64,000 nt of DNA from Treponemataceae bacterium (GTDB taxonomy: Bacteria > Spirochaetota > Spirochaetia > Treponematales > Rectinemataceae), in contig CAXXVZ010000004.1 in the NCBI GenBank assembly GCA_963678065.2, forward strand, positions 256,001 to 320,000. Reading direction: 5' to 3'. The notes beneath the pieces were generated by a model that searched no databases, was not told the origin of the DNA, and saw only the letters and a program-made list of their open reading frames with translations. Below, one piece after another: positions 1-8,924 of the stretch (the first letter of the stretch is position 1; each line of letters starts with the position of its first letter). A program made the translations under genes and the position numbers.

Positions 1-66
1 GAGCACTTTCCGCATCGCGGCGTCGTCGTCGACGACGAGAATATGGCGCTTGTCCGTTGGATCCAT
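1..66 (-). CDS. Response regulator receiver-domain protein (5' end only; runs off window)
   Basis: Manual translation of the reverse complement from ATG at 66 gives MDPTDKRHILVVDDDAAMRKVL, the classic receiver N-terminus. AAGGAC lies upstream. Divergent from a histidine kinase. Confidence 0.8.
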   Translation of the reverse strand, partial: MDPTDKRHILVVDDDAAMRKVL

Positions 67-230
67 GGTTGTCCTTGTCCGTCGATTCCGGCTTTCGGAA
101 AATCACTGTCACTTTAGTGATCGTCATCTCACACTCATAGTTTAGTATAAAAATAATCTTTGAGGTACCACCTGCCGATAATTTCATCGTGATTTGTACA
201 AATAGCCCGATACCATTGGGTTTTTACATA

Positions 231-245
231 TGGTATAGTTTCTGC
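231..245 (+). promoter_or_regulatory. Candidate promoter of the histidine kinase gene
   Basis: TGGTATAGT fits an extended -10 (TGn-TATAGT). The same stretch also fits sigma54 GG-N10-GC spacing (TGGTAT-N5-CTGC). About 40 bp upstream of the start. Confidence 0.3.
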
Positions 246-283
246 GATCCGCCTGCGAGGCGGATGGGTTCAAGGGGGATTTG

Positions 284-3200
284 ATGATTCTGGACGCAAC
301 ATCGCTGGTGCCCGCACTGTCCTTCCTCATATACATCCCATTCGCCATTTTCGGACTCTACAATCACAAAGAAAAAGTAAATATCTATTTTTTGGTCTAC
401 ATGTCTTTCATGGCCCTGTGGAGCTTCGGCTCCTTCATGATGCACGCCAATACGGGCATCTTCACGCCCCTCATCTGGAACCGCGTCATGCTGATCGGCA
501 TGCTCGGGGGGCCGATCTCGATTTTCGGGACCCTCATGGGCCTGTCGGGCGCGGAGAAGCAGCGCTACAACACCATTCTCTACATCGGTTACGCGATCTA
601 CATCATCCTCCTGTACTTCAATCTCTCCGGAGGGATTGTCTCCGACGCCGGATTCGACGCGAACGGTTTCCACTACACCCTCGGCAAGGGTTCGTTCATC
701 GCCTACTCCCTCTCCTATTTCTATCTGATACTGACTATCTTCCTCCTCACCCGCCAGCTGAAGGCGAACACGAACCGTTTCGCCCGGAAGACCCTGAGAC
801 TCGTCACCGCCGGAGCCTTCATCATGCTGGTCGGCATCGCGGTAAACCTCTACGCCCCCCTCGGCCGCTACCCCATCGACCTCTTCTCCGCCACTATCAA
901 CGCGGCCATCATCTTCTATGCCGTCTACAAGTACCGGCTCGCAAACTACTCAGCCGTCGTCCTCAACATACTTCTGATCATCTTCGTGGCCGTCCTCAGC
1001 GCGCTGGTATTCGCGGTGATATTCCTCGTCGTCTTCCATCTCGAACGCGCTATCCCCTTTCAGAACATCTTCCTGTTATCCCTCATCCTCGGATTCATCT
1101 CCTCGGTGATTCTGTCGCCGCTGCGAAACACCACTCTCATGTTTCTGGAGAAGATATACGGCGGAAAGACATTCAACTATTACAAGGGCCTGCGCGACTT
1201 TTCGGCCAGTCTCACCTCCATCGTGGACCTCGAGACTCTCGGAGACCTCACGGTGGAGAAAGTGATGTCCACCTTCAGCCTGGAATGGGCCTGCATGCTC
1301 GTCAACGATTACGGTTCGCGGAGCTACAAGATCAATATGGCCAAAAACGTCCCTTTTCGCGGCGGGACGCTGGATGGGCACGTCCAGAATGTCTCGCTGA
1401 AGCGTTCGGAAGAGCTCACCAAGGAGTTCGGCAGCCACAGCACCCAGGTGAAAGACAACATTCCCGCGCACAGGTCGAAGGGCAGCCACAAGATACTCCT
1501 CACCTCGATGGATCAGGGCGAGGAGGAGGTCGAGGTCAGTCTCATCGTGCCTCTGCGCTTCAAGGAAAGGCTAAACGGCTTCCTCATTCTCGGCCCGCGC
1601 TCCGACAAGGACTACTACAACCAGTTCGACACCGACATCCTCCAGCTTCTTTCGGACCAGTGCTCAGTGGCCCTCGAGAACGCGATCTCCTTCGAGCGCC
1701 TGCGCCAGCAGCAGAAGCGCCTGCAGTACGTGAACAACGAGCTGGTCATCAGCCGCAACAAGCTCGAGGCTTTCTTCGACGGCATCACTACCCCGATCGC
1801 GATCCAGGACATCAACTACAACATCGTCGCGGCCAACTACGCCGCGAGGCGGTACTTCGAGCTCTCGGACGACAGCCTCGTGGGCAAGAAGTGCTACAAG
1901 GTCTTCTTCGACCGGGACCGGCCCTGCAACGAGTGCATGGCCCAGGACTGTCTCCACTCCCGCCTGCCCTTCACGGCCGAGCGTCAGGACGCGAAAGGCC
2001 TCATCACCTTCGCCCTCAACTTCTACCCCATTCCCGTGCCGAAGGATTCGACGATGATCTTCCTCGAGTTCTTCCAGGACATCACGAAGCAGAAAACCCT
2101 GCAGGAAGAGCTCATCCAGTCTGAAAAGCTCGCCGGAATCGGAACTCTCGTATCCGGAATAGCCCACGAGATCAACAACCCTCTGGGCGGAATCATCGGC
2201 ACGGCGGAGCTCATGCTCCCGGAAACCGGGGAGGGCACGAGTCTCAGAGAGTATACGACGGACATCATCAAATACGCCCAGACCGCCGCCGAGGTCATAT
2301 CCGACCTCATGACCTATTCGCGCAAGACAAAGACGGGCTCCGAACCGGTCGACGTCACCGAGATACTCGAGACCTCGCTCAAGCTGGCCATGCGTGGAAT
2401 CGATTTCGGCAAGATCACGATAAAGAAGAACTACAGCCAGATCGATCCGGTTCAGGCCAACTCGACCGAGCTCCAGCAGGTTTTCCTCAACCTCATCGTG
2501 AACGCCAGCCAGGCCATGGACGGGAAAGGGAGCCTCACCCTGGAATGCCTCCAGGAAGATGGCGACATCTTCGTTTCAGTCCGGGATACGGGACACGGCA
2601 TCGACAAGAAGAATCTCGACAAGATATTCAACCCCTTCTTCACGACGAAGGAGCCGGGAGCGGGCACGGGGCTCGGTCTCAGCATCGCCCACCACATCGT
2701 GTCCAAGCTGGGCGGCCGCATTCTCATCGACAGCAAGGAGGGAGAGGGAAGCATTTTCCGCGTCATGCTCCCGGCGGCCGGAGGAGACCGCGAGCGCCTG
2801 CGCTTCATCCACGCCACCGAGAAGCGCGAAGAGGAAGATTGTTTCTTCATCCAGCGAAAAGTTCTGGTCGGCGAGAAGGGTTACCAGGAAGAGACGATCA
2901 GGAGGAAGGAAGACGAGAGAGCCTTCCACGTCTCGGCCTACAAGGGCATGCAGCCGGTCGGTACGGTGACCCTCATCACGAAAAACATGGCGGGACACGT
3001 TCCGATAGAGGAGAATTTCGACATCAGTACCTGGCTCGACGACTCCAACTACGCGGAGATCGATCGCCTCGCTGTCATGAAGGAAGACAGGGGAGGTATC
3101 GTTCCCTTGAGCCTCATGACCCTCGCCTACCTCTACGCGCGAGCGGAAGGGGCGCGCAAGATCTTCCTCGATGTGTTCTCCGACGAGACGAAACTCATAA

Positions 3201-3451
3201 AGATGTACGAAAAACTCGGTTTCCAGACCATCGGGAACTACAGCGCGCCCCTGCCCTGCACGGTCATGATGATGGACCACCAGTCAGAGTACGAGAGCAA
3301 GGCGACGCGCATGGAACACTTCGTCAAGCCATTTTTCTCCCGCCTTCAGCCGAGGATCGATTTCCGGGGCCACGACAGGGAGATGGTTCAATCGGTGATC
3401 AACAGGATCTCGCGCAATTTTGCCAGGGAAACAGAGGGCGAACAGGAATGA
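284..3451 (+). CDS. Membrane sensor histidine kinase (multi-TM, GAF, PAS, HisKA, HATPase) with C-terminal GNAT/acyltransferase-like domain
   Basis: Hydrophobic N-terminus with many TM helices. GAF-like segment ([18 protein letters not shown]). H-box [11 protein letters not shown]-box [11 protein letters not shown]1 DTGHGI, F/G2 [15 protein letters not shown]-terminal [26 protein letters not shown]. Confidence 0.9.
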   Translation: MILDATSLVPALSFLIYIPFAIFGLYNHKEKVNIYFLVYMSFMALWSFGSFMMHANTGIFTPLIWNRVMLIGMLGGPISIFGTLMGLSGAEKQRYNTILYIGYAIYIILLYFNLSGGIVSDAGFDANGFHYTLGKGSFIAYSLSYFYLILTIFLLTRQLKANTNRFARKTLRLVTAGAFIMLVGIAVNLYAPLGRYPIDLFSATINAAIIFYAVYKYRLANYSAVVLNILLIIFVAVLSALVFAVIFLVVFHLERAIPFQNIFLLSLILGFISSVILSPLRNTTLMFLEKIYGGKTFNYYKGLRDFSASLTSIVDLETLGDLTVEKVMSTFSLEWACMLVNDYGSRSYKINMAKNVPFRGGTLDGHVQNVSLKRSEELTKEFGSHSTQVKDNIPAHRSKGSHKILLTSMDQGEEEVEVSLIVPLRFKERLNGFLILGPRSDKDYYNQFDTDILQLLSDQCSVALENAISFERLRQQQKRLQYVNNELVISRNKLEAFFDGITTPIAIQDINYNIVAANYAARRYFELSDDSLVGKKCYKVFFDRDRPCNECMAQDCLHSRLPFTAERQDAKGLITFALNFYPIPVPKDSTMIFLEFFQDITKQKTLQEELIQSEKLAGIGTLVSGIAHEINNPLGGIIGTAELMLPETGEGTSLREYTTDIIKYAQTAAEVISDLMTYSRKTKTGSEPVDVTEILETSLKLAMRGIDFGKITIKKNYSQIDPVQANSTELQQVFLNLIVNASQAMDGKGSLTLECLQEDGDIFVSVRDTGHGIDKKNLDKIFNPFFTTKEPGAGTGLGLSIAHHIVSKLGGRILIDSKEGEGSIFRVMLPAAGGDRERLRFIHATEKREEEDCFFIQRKVLVGEKGYQEETIRRKEDERAFHVSAYKGMQPVGTVTLITKNMAGHVPIEENFDISTWLDDSNYAEIDRLAVMKEDRGGIVPLSLMTLAYLYARAEGARKIFLDVFSDETKLIKMYEKLGFQTIGNYSAPLPCTVMMMDHQSEYESKATRMEHFVKPFFSRLQPRIDFRGHDREMVQSVINRISRNFARETEGEQE

Positions 3452-3548
3452 GCGGGACCGGACCGGAGCGCAGACCCTGAGCGCGGAAGGAACCGGCGCG
3501 GGAGCCGGGACGAGTGGGGCGGGCAAAACGCAGATACGGCAGAGGTAA

Positions 3549-3585
3549 AGAAGAGGGACCCGCCGGAATGGAGGGTCCCTCTTCT
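3549..3585. terminator. Probable bidirectional intrinsic terminator
   Basis: Perfect 13-bp inverted repeat AGAAGAGGGACCC / GGGTCCCTCTTCT between convergent genes. Confidence 0.7.
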
Positions 3586-3607
3586 AACGCTCAGCGCACA
3601 TCAACAA

Positions 3608-3650
3608 CCCCGTAGCGCGCTGCGGGGTATGAAACCCGCCTGCGAATCAG
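3608..3650 (-). repeat. Short hairpin repeat (REP/MITE-like), copy 1, most complete
   Basis: Minus strand reads cTGAttcgcaggcgggtttcataccccgcagcgcgctacgggg. It overlaps the corrinoid-protein stop codon and contains a hairpin CCCCGTAGC-GC-GCTGCGGGG. Confidence 0.75.
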
Positions 3651-4282
3651 GCTGCGGCAAAAATGGATGCGACGACTTCGGCCGCGCTCGCGGCATCGGC
3701 CGTATAATAATCGGCTCCGATGGACTGACGGTAGGAGTCGGTGACGGGGGCTCCTCCGATCATGATCTTGATGCTGCCGCGGATCCCGGCTTCATCGGCC
3801 TTCTGGATTATGTTCTTCATCTCGGGCATGGTCGTGGTGAGGAGTGCCGAGCACATGATGATGGACGCGCCCTGCTCTTTCGCGGAGGTGATGAACCTGT
3901 CCGCCGGAACATCGGTGCCGAGATCCACGACCTCGACGCCGCGGCCTTCGACCATCATCCGGACGAGGTTCTTGCCGATGTCGTGGAGGTCGCCCTTGAC
4001 CGTGCCGATGACGACCTTGCCCTTGGCCTTGACACCCTCGGAGACGAGGAAGGGTTTGAGGATGGCCATTCCGCCGTTCATGGCGCGCGCGGCGATGAGG
4101 ACTTCGGGAACGAAGACCTCATTCTTCTTGAACTTCCCGCCGATGACCGTCATGCCGTTCATGAGGGCGTCGAGAATCTCGCCCGCGCCGATCTTTGCGT
4201 CGAGGGCGGACTGGACTCTTTCCTTGGTTTCCTTCAGCTTGCCAGCCTGCAGGAATGTGGAAATCTCTTCGAGTACGGACAT
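3647..4282 (-). CDS. Corrinoid (cobalamin-binding) methyl-carrier protein, MtbC/MttC/MtaC-like
   Basis: Cap domain (EVFVPEVLIAARAM) and B12-binding motif GDLHDIGKN...SALLTTT...IGGAP; 211 aa. Confidence 0.95.
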   Translation of the reverse strand: MSVLEEISTFLQAGKLKETKERVQSALDAKIGAGEILDALMNGMTVIGGKFKKNEVFVPEVLIAARAMNGGMAILKPFLVSEGVKAKGKVVIGTVKGDLHDIGKNLVRMMVEGRGVEVVDLGTDVPADRFITSAKEQGASIIMCSALLTTTMPEMKNIIQKADEAGIRGSIKIMIGGAPVTDSYRQSIGADYYTADAASAAEVVASIFAAA

Positions 4283-4462
4283 GATTGCCTCCCAAATGAC
4301 CTTTCTGACGTTCTTCCGGAGGATGCTTCTGGCAGCATCTCTTTTTTCTTAATAATAATAAATGCGCATTTTCCGGCTGTCTCTCATTTTTTTATGAATT
4401 GCGACAGTCCTATCGTAAAATATTCGTATACCGCGGATTAAAGCCAAAGTATCATCGTGACC

Positions 4463-6325
4463 ATGGAACACCGAATTTCCGGCCTGCGCGGAGAGAAGCT
4501 TTTCGAAGCCCTCGTCAAAGCCGGCCTTCCCCTGGAATCGCCCTGCGGAGGCGCGGGAACCTGCGGGAAGTGCCGCGTCCGCGTCCTGTCCTCTGACCTC
4601 GATGAGCCTGCCGGCAGCTCCGCTTTCGCGGGCGGAGCCGATCCTTCGCAGGAAGCAAAGACCATCTGGACGGAGAGGCTCTCCTGCAAGACCCGCTTTG
4701 TCCGGGACGGCTTCGCCCTCGTCGACGTGGAGGAGAAGGCCATGCGCATCGTCGACCGCTTCGAGCTGCCCATGCCGGAGGGCGCCGCCGCGCTCAAGGT
4801 CTTCGATGTCATCCTGCCCGAGCCCCGGCTCGAAAACTCAGGGTCGGAGCTCGCGCGCCTGGAAGAAGCGACAGGCATCCAGGCGGGATCCTCCCTCGAG
4901 CTGCCGAGGGCGCTGGCCCAGGCATTGGCCAGGACAGGGACCGCGGAGCCCGGCGCCGCCGATACCGCCGCGCGGGAGCTCCGTCTCATCCTGCAGGAAG
5001 GGGGCCGGCTCTCCCTCGCTGGCGGCAAGGATGTTCCGGCCCTCGCCGCCGCCGTCGATATAGGGACGACGACAGTCGCCGTCCGCCTCCTTAACGCCGG
5101 AACGGGAGAGGCCATCGCCTCGGGAGCCCAGGCCAATGTCCAGAAATGGGCGGGGGCCGATGTCATCTCCAGGATTGGCACCTGTGCCTCCCCGGAAGCC
5201 TTTTCGCGTCTGTCCTCCGGCATCGCGGCCCAGATCGGCAAGATGATTCTCTCCCTCGCCGCAGGAGCGGGAAGAGCGGCTTCCGCGGTGAAGCGCATCG
5301 TCATCGCCGGCAACCCCACGATGCTCCACATCCTCGCCGGTGTGTATCCCGCGGGCATAGCGCGCGCGCCCTTCGTCCCCGTCTTCACGGGGGCCTTCGA
5401 CCTCGCGCCCGCAGACTCGCCGCTCGGCGGACTCTTCGGCGGAGACTGCCGGACCATCCTCGTCCCGGGCATCTCGGCCTACGTCGGCGCGGACCTCGTC
5501 GCGGGGGCTCTCGCCTGCGGACTCGGCCAGGGGCCATCGGAGAAGGAGCCCGCCCTCCTTCTCGACCTCGGCACGAACGGCGAGATCATGCTCTTCACGC
5601 GGGCCGGATCTTTGTGCACATCGGCCGCCGCGGGGCCGGCCTTCGAAGGCGCCTCGATCGAGTTCGGCCTACCATCCATCCCAGGCGCGATAGACCATGT
5701 GCGGCTCGAAAACGGCGGAATCGCGACGACCGTGATCGGCTCGGGCGCAGCGACGGGCATCTGCGGCTCGGGAATCCTCGACGCCGTCGCCGCCCTTCTG
5801 GACTGCGGGGCAGTGGACGAGACGGGCAGGATAGATCCGGATGGCGCTGCCGCAGCCGGAGCGGCCGGAGATCATGCCCATCTTGGCCCGGAGTGGCTCA
5901 CGGAATACAAGGGCAAGCCGGCCGTCATCCTCGACCGTACATCGCGAATTCTCATAACCCAGAACGATCTGCGACAGGTTCAGCTCGCCAAGGCGGCCGT
6001 CGCCGCGGGCGTGGATATCCTCCTCGCCCAGGCCGGACTGACGGCCCGCGAAGTGAGGACCGTCTACCTCGCGGGCGGATTCGGTTCCCGCCTGGACGCC
6101 CATTCGGCCCTGAGGATAGGATTGCTCCACAGGGACTTTGCCGGACGCATCGAGGCGGTGGGCAATTCTTCCCTGGCCGGCGCGGAAATCGTCGCCCTCC
6201 GCGGAAATGCCCTTGAAACCTGCTCCCGCATCGCGCGGGAATGCCGCGCGATCGAACTTTCGGGACGACTCGACTTCGTTTCCGCTTTCTCCGAAGCCAT
6301 GTTCTTTCCCGAATCCGAATACTGA
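4463..6325 (+). CDS. Corrinoid reductive activator (RACo/RamA-like ASKHA ATPase with N-terminal 2Fe-2S ferredoxin)
   Basis: CGGAGTCGKC...RLSC ferredoxin; DIGTTT, GADVISRI, DLGTNGE, AAGPAFEG, GICGSG, AGGFG and GNSSL motifs. Confidence 0.92.
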   Translation: MEHRISGLRGEKLFEALVKAGLPLESPCGGAGTCGKCRVRVLSSDLDEPAGSSAFAGGADPSQEAKTIWTERLSCKTRFVRDGFALVDVEEKAMRIVDRFELPMPEGAAALKVFDVILPEPRLENSGSELARLEEATGIQAGSSLELPRALAQALARTGTAEPGAADTAARELRLILQEGGRLSLAGGKDVPALAAAVDIGTTTVAVRLLNAGTGEAIASGAQANVQKWAGADVISRIGTCASPEAFSRLSSGIAAQIGKMILSLAAGAGRAASAVKRIVIAGNPTMLHILAGVYPAGIARAPFVPVFTGAFDLAPADSPLGGLFGGDCRTILVPGISAYVGADLVAGALACGLGQGPSEKEPALLLDLGTNGEIMLFTRAGSLCTSAAAGPAFEGASIEFGLPSIPGAIDHVRLENGGIATTVIGSGAATGICGSGILDAVAALLDCGAVDETGRIDPDGAAAAGAAGDHAHLGPEWLTEYKGKPAVILDRTSRILITQNDLRQVQLAKAAVAAGVDILLAQAGLTAREVRTVYLAGGFGSRLDAHSALRIGLLHRDFAGRIEAVGNSSLAGAEIVALRGNALETCSRIARECRAIELSGRLDFVSAFSEAMFFPESEY

Positions 6326-6353
6326 ACCGCGATGAGATGAAAGGAGATTGCCG

Positions 6354-7721
6354 GTGAATCACGAGTCCTTCGCCCCGGACGGACTGTCCGCCGATCCCGC
6401 TCCGAACGAAACCGCAGCTCTCCTGGAAAAGACCGCCCGGACGTATGCCCTGGCGACAAACACACCCTGCCACGCCGTCGACCCCGACGGACGTTTTTTC
6501 GGCTCCGACTCGAAATCCATACGCTGCGGGCTCTGCATGGCGACTGGCCCCTCAGGCTGCGACGACGAGCGCCCCTCCTCATCCTGCGACGAGGTCCTGC
6601 GCTACGGAATTCTTCAGGCGGAACGATTCGGCGGCGCCTATCTCTCTTTCTGCCCGAACAGCCTTCTCATTACCACGGCCGTCGTGCGCAAGGAGGCCGA
6701 AATCGTGGGCGCCCTCATCGCGGGCCCCGCCCTCCTCGTCGACAAGGACGAGCTCATCAGCGAGGAATTCGCGCGGATACACGGAGAGCTCGCCCCGGGA
6801 ATGCCGGGCCTCATGGACCGGCTCGCGACCATGCCGAGCCTCGACACTCTGCGGGCCAAGGCCCTCGCGGACATGCTCGAGGCGGCGGCCAGGGACGCGG
6901 GCGCGGAGCTCGAAGGCCGGGTCGATCCCAGGATCGAGGCCTCGCGCCGGAACGCGCGGATAGCCGAGTACATCCAGAGCCTCAAGGCGGCGGGCCTCGA
7001 CTCCGGCGACGGGGAGGAGAATCTGCGCGGCTATCCCTTCGAGAAAGAGAGGGAACTGGTCGCCTTGGTCGCGCGGGGAGACAAGGCCGGAGCGCGGAAG
7101 GTTCTGAACGAAATTCTCGGCGCGGTGTTTTTCGAGGGAGGAGGCGCCCTGCAGGGCGTTCGAGCGAGGGCTCTCGAACTCGTCGTCCTCCTGTCGCGCG
7201 CCGCGGTGGAAGGAGGGGCGACGGCCCAGGAAGTATTCGGGGCGAGCGAGGACTTCATCAAGCGCACGGCGACGGCGCGGAGCGTCGAGGATCTCGCCTC
7301 CTGGCTCGCCGTCGTGCTCAACCGCTTCACCGACTTCGTCTTCACCCTGAAGAGGGCGAAGCACGCGGACACCATCCGCAAGGCGGAACGCTTCATCAAG
7401 GAGCGCTACCGCGAGGAACTCACGCTGGAGGATGTCGCGAAGGAAGTCGGGCTTTCGCCCTCGTACTTCAGCTCGGTCTTCAAGAACGAAGTCGGGACGG
7501 GCTTCGCCGCCTACCTGAACGAGGTCAGGATCTTCAAGTCGAAGGAGCTGCTCAAGAACCGGGCCATCCCCATCGTCGAGGCGGCGGGCATGGTCGGCTT
7601 CCTCGACCAGAGCTATTTCAGCCGGGTCTTCAAGTCGATAGTCGGGGTGTCGCCGGGCGCCTACCGGAACGGGCGCTTCGCCCCCGACTCCGGGATAGAG
7701 ATACACGGAGAGAACGCATGA
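6354..7721 (+). CDS. AraC-family regulator with PocR ligand-binding domain
   Basis: N-terminal Cys-containing PocR-like sensor (CxxC..C..FCPNSL), YPFEKERELV linker, C-terminal AraC HTH (LSPSYFSSVFK...GFLDQSYFSRVFK). AAGGAG RBS before GTG at 6354. Confidence 0.88.
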   Translation: MNHESFAPDGLSADPAPNETAALLEKTARTYALATNTPCHAVDPDGRFFGSDSKSIRCGLCMATGPSGCDDERPSSSCDEVLRYGILQAERFGGAYLSFCPNSLLITTAVVRKEAEIVGALIAGPALLVDKDELISEEFARIHGELAPGMPGLMDRLATMPSLDTLRAKALADMLEAAARDAGAELEGRVDPRIEASRRNARIAEYIQSLKAAGLDSGDGEENLRGYPFEKERELVALVARGDKAGARKVLNEILGAVFFEGGGALQGVRARALELVVLLSRAAVEGGATAQEVFGASEDFIKRTATARSVEDLASWLAVVLNRFTDFVFTLKRAKHADTIRKAERFIKERYREELTLEDVAKEVGLSPSYFSSVFKNEVGTGFAAYLNEVRIFKSKELLKNRAIPIVEAAGMVGFLDQSYFSRVFKSIVGVSPGAYRNGRFAPDSGIEIHGENA

Positions 7722-8842
7722 GACTGCACATCGTCGGAGGTTTCCTCGGCTCGGGCAAGACGACTGCCATCGCGCGGGCCGCGAAACTTCTGGCCGGGCG
7801 CGGACTGAAGGTCGGAGTCGTCACGAACGACCAGGGCAAGAGCCTCGTCGACACAATCTTCATGGACTCTGCGGGCGCGCCGAGGACGGAGGTGACGGGC
7901 GGATGCTTTTGCTGTCGCTACGAAGATTTCACGGACAGACTCGCCGCCTTCGCCGCAGAGGAGAGGCCCGACTGGATCTTCGCGGAGGCCGTGGGCTCCT
8001 GCGCCGACGTCGTCGCCACCGTCGTGCTGCCCATCGCGCAGGCCATCAGGGGAGCGAGCTTCGGGGCGCTGGGATTCACGGGCGCACCGACTTTTTCCGT
8101 GCTCTGCGACTCCCGCCTGCTGCAGCGCAGGCTCCTCGGCCAGCCCCTGCCCTTCTCGGAGGACCTCACATACCTCTTCGACAAGCAGATCGCCGAGGCT
8201 GGCCTCATCGTCGCGAACAAGTCCGACCTCGTCGCCGACAACCAGGCCTTCCGCACCCTCTTCGAGGAGAAGTTCCCTGGAAGGCCCTGGCGCATGCAGT
8301 CCGCGAAGTCCGACGCGGACATCCTGGGCTGGACGACCGCGCTGGATCAGGCGGGCGCGGAACTCGCCGGCAGGCCCGAGGAGGTCGACTACGAGCGCTA
8401 CGGGCGCGCCGAGGCCGGGCTCGCCTGGGCGGACTCGGAGATCCTCCTCGAATCCGCGCCGGAAAATCCGGGAGTCGAGCTCGGGGCGGCCTTCCGCAGC
8501 CTCTTTCTCGCCCTCGTGGCGCGGGTGAAGAAGGAAATCGGCCCGGCCGGCCACGCGAAGGCCTTCGCGGGCGACGCTCGCGCCGGCGGGAAAATCAGCA
8601 TCGTCTCCGCGGGGACCGACGAAGGCATCAGGATGGAATTGCCCGAGTTCCACGACTCTCTGCCTGTCCTCCTCAACCTCAGGATCGAGGGATCGCCAGA
8701 GCGGCTGGAAGCCGTCATGCGGGCAGGACTCGCGGAGCTCGGCGCAAAGCTCGGGATCGCCGTCACCATCCGCTCGATGAGTGTCTTCAGCCCCTCGCCT
8801 CCCCTGGTGCCGGCGCAGAGGGTCGGGCAAACAAAGGCGTGA
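7718..8842 (+). CDS. CobW/HypB/UreG (G3E) family GTPase metallochaperone
   Basis: GGFLGSGKTT Walker A, GGCFCC metal motif, NKSD guanine motif; ATGA overlap with the upstream regulator. Confidence 0.88.
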   Translation: MRLHIVGGFLGSGKTTAIARAAKLLAGRGLKVGVVTNDQGKSLVDTIFMDSAGAPRTEVTGGCFCCRYEDFTDRLAAFAAEERPDWIFAEAVGSCADVVATVVLPIAQAIRGASFGALGFTGAPTFSVLCDSRLLQRRLLGQPLPFSEDLTYLFDKQIAEAGLIVANKSDLVADNQAFRTLFEEKFPGRPWRMQSAKSDADILGWTTALDQAGAELAGRPEEVDYERYGRAEAGLAWADSEILLESAPENPGVELGAAFRSLFLALVARVKKEIGPAGHAKAFAGDARAGGKISIVSAGTDEGIRMELPEFHDSLPVLLNLRIEGSPERLEAVMRAGLAELGAKLGIAVTIRSMSVFSPSPPLVPAQRVGQTKA

Positions 8843-8924
8843 CGGGGAACGGAATCCGGAGGGCCACAATCAGAGGGCCTGGGTCCGCGATCAGGGGTCT
8901 GGGGGCCGAGAGCCGCGCTCCGGA

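Noticed and set aside
4283..4462. Possible B12 riboswitch or terminator between the corrinoid and activator genes (GATGCT..AGCATC followed by a T-tract at 4322-4350)
   Set aside because: No riboswitch consensus is visible. The hairpin is only 6 bp and has no upstream plus-strand gene to terminate.
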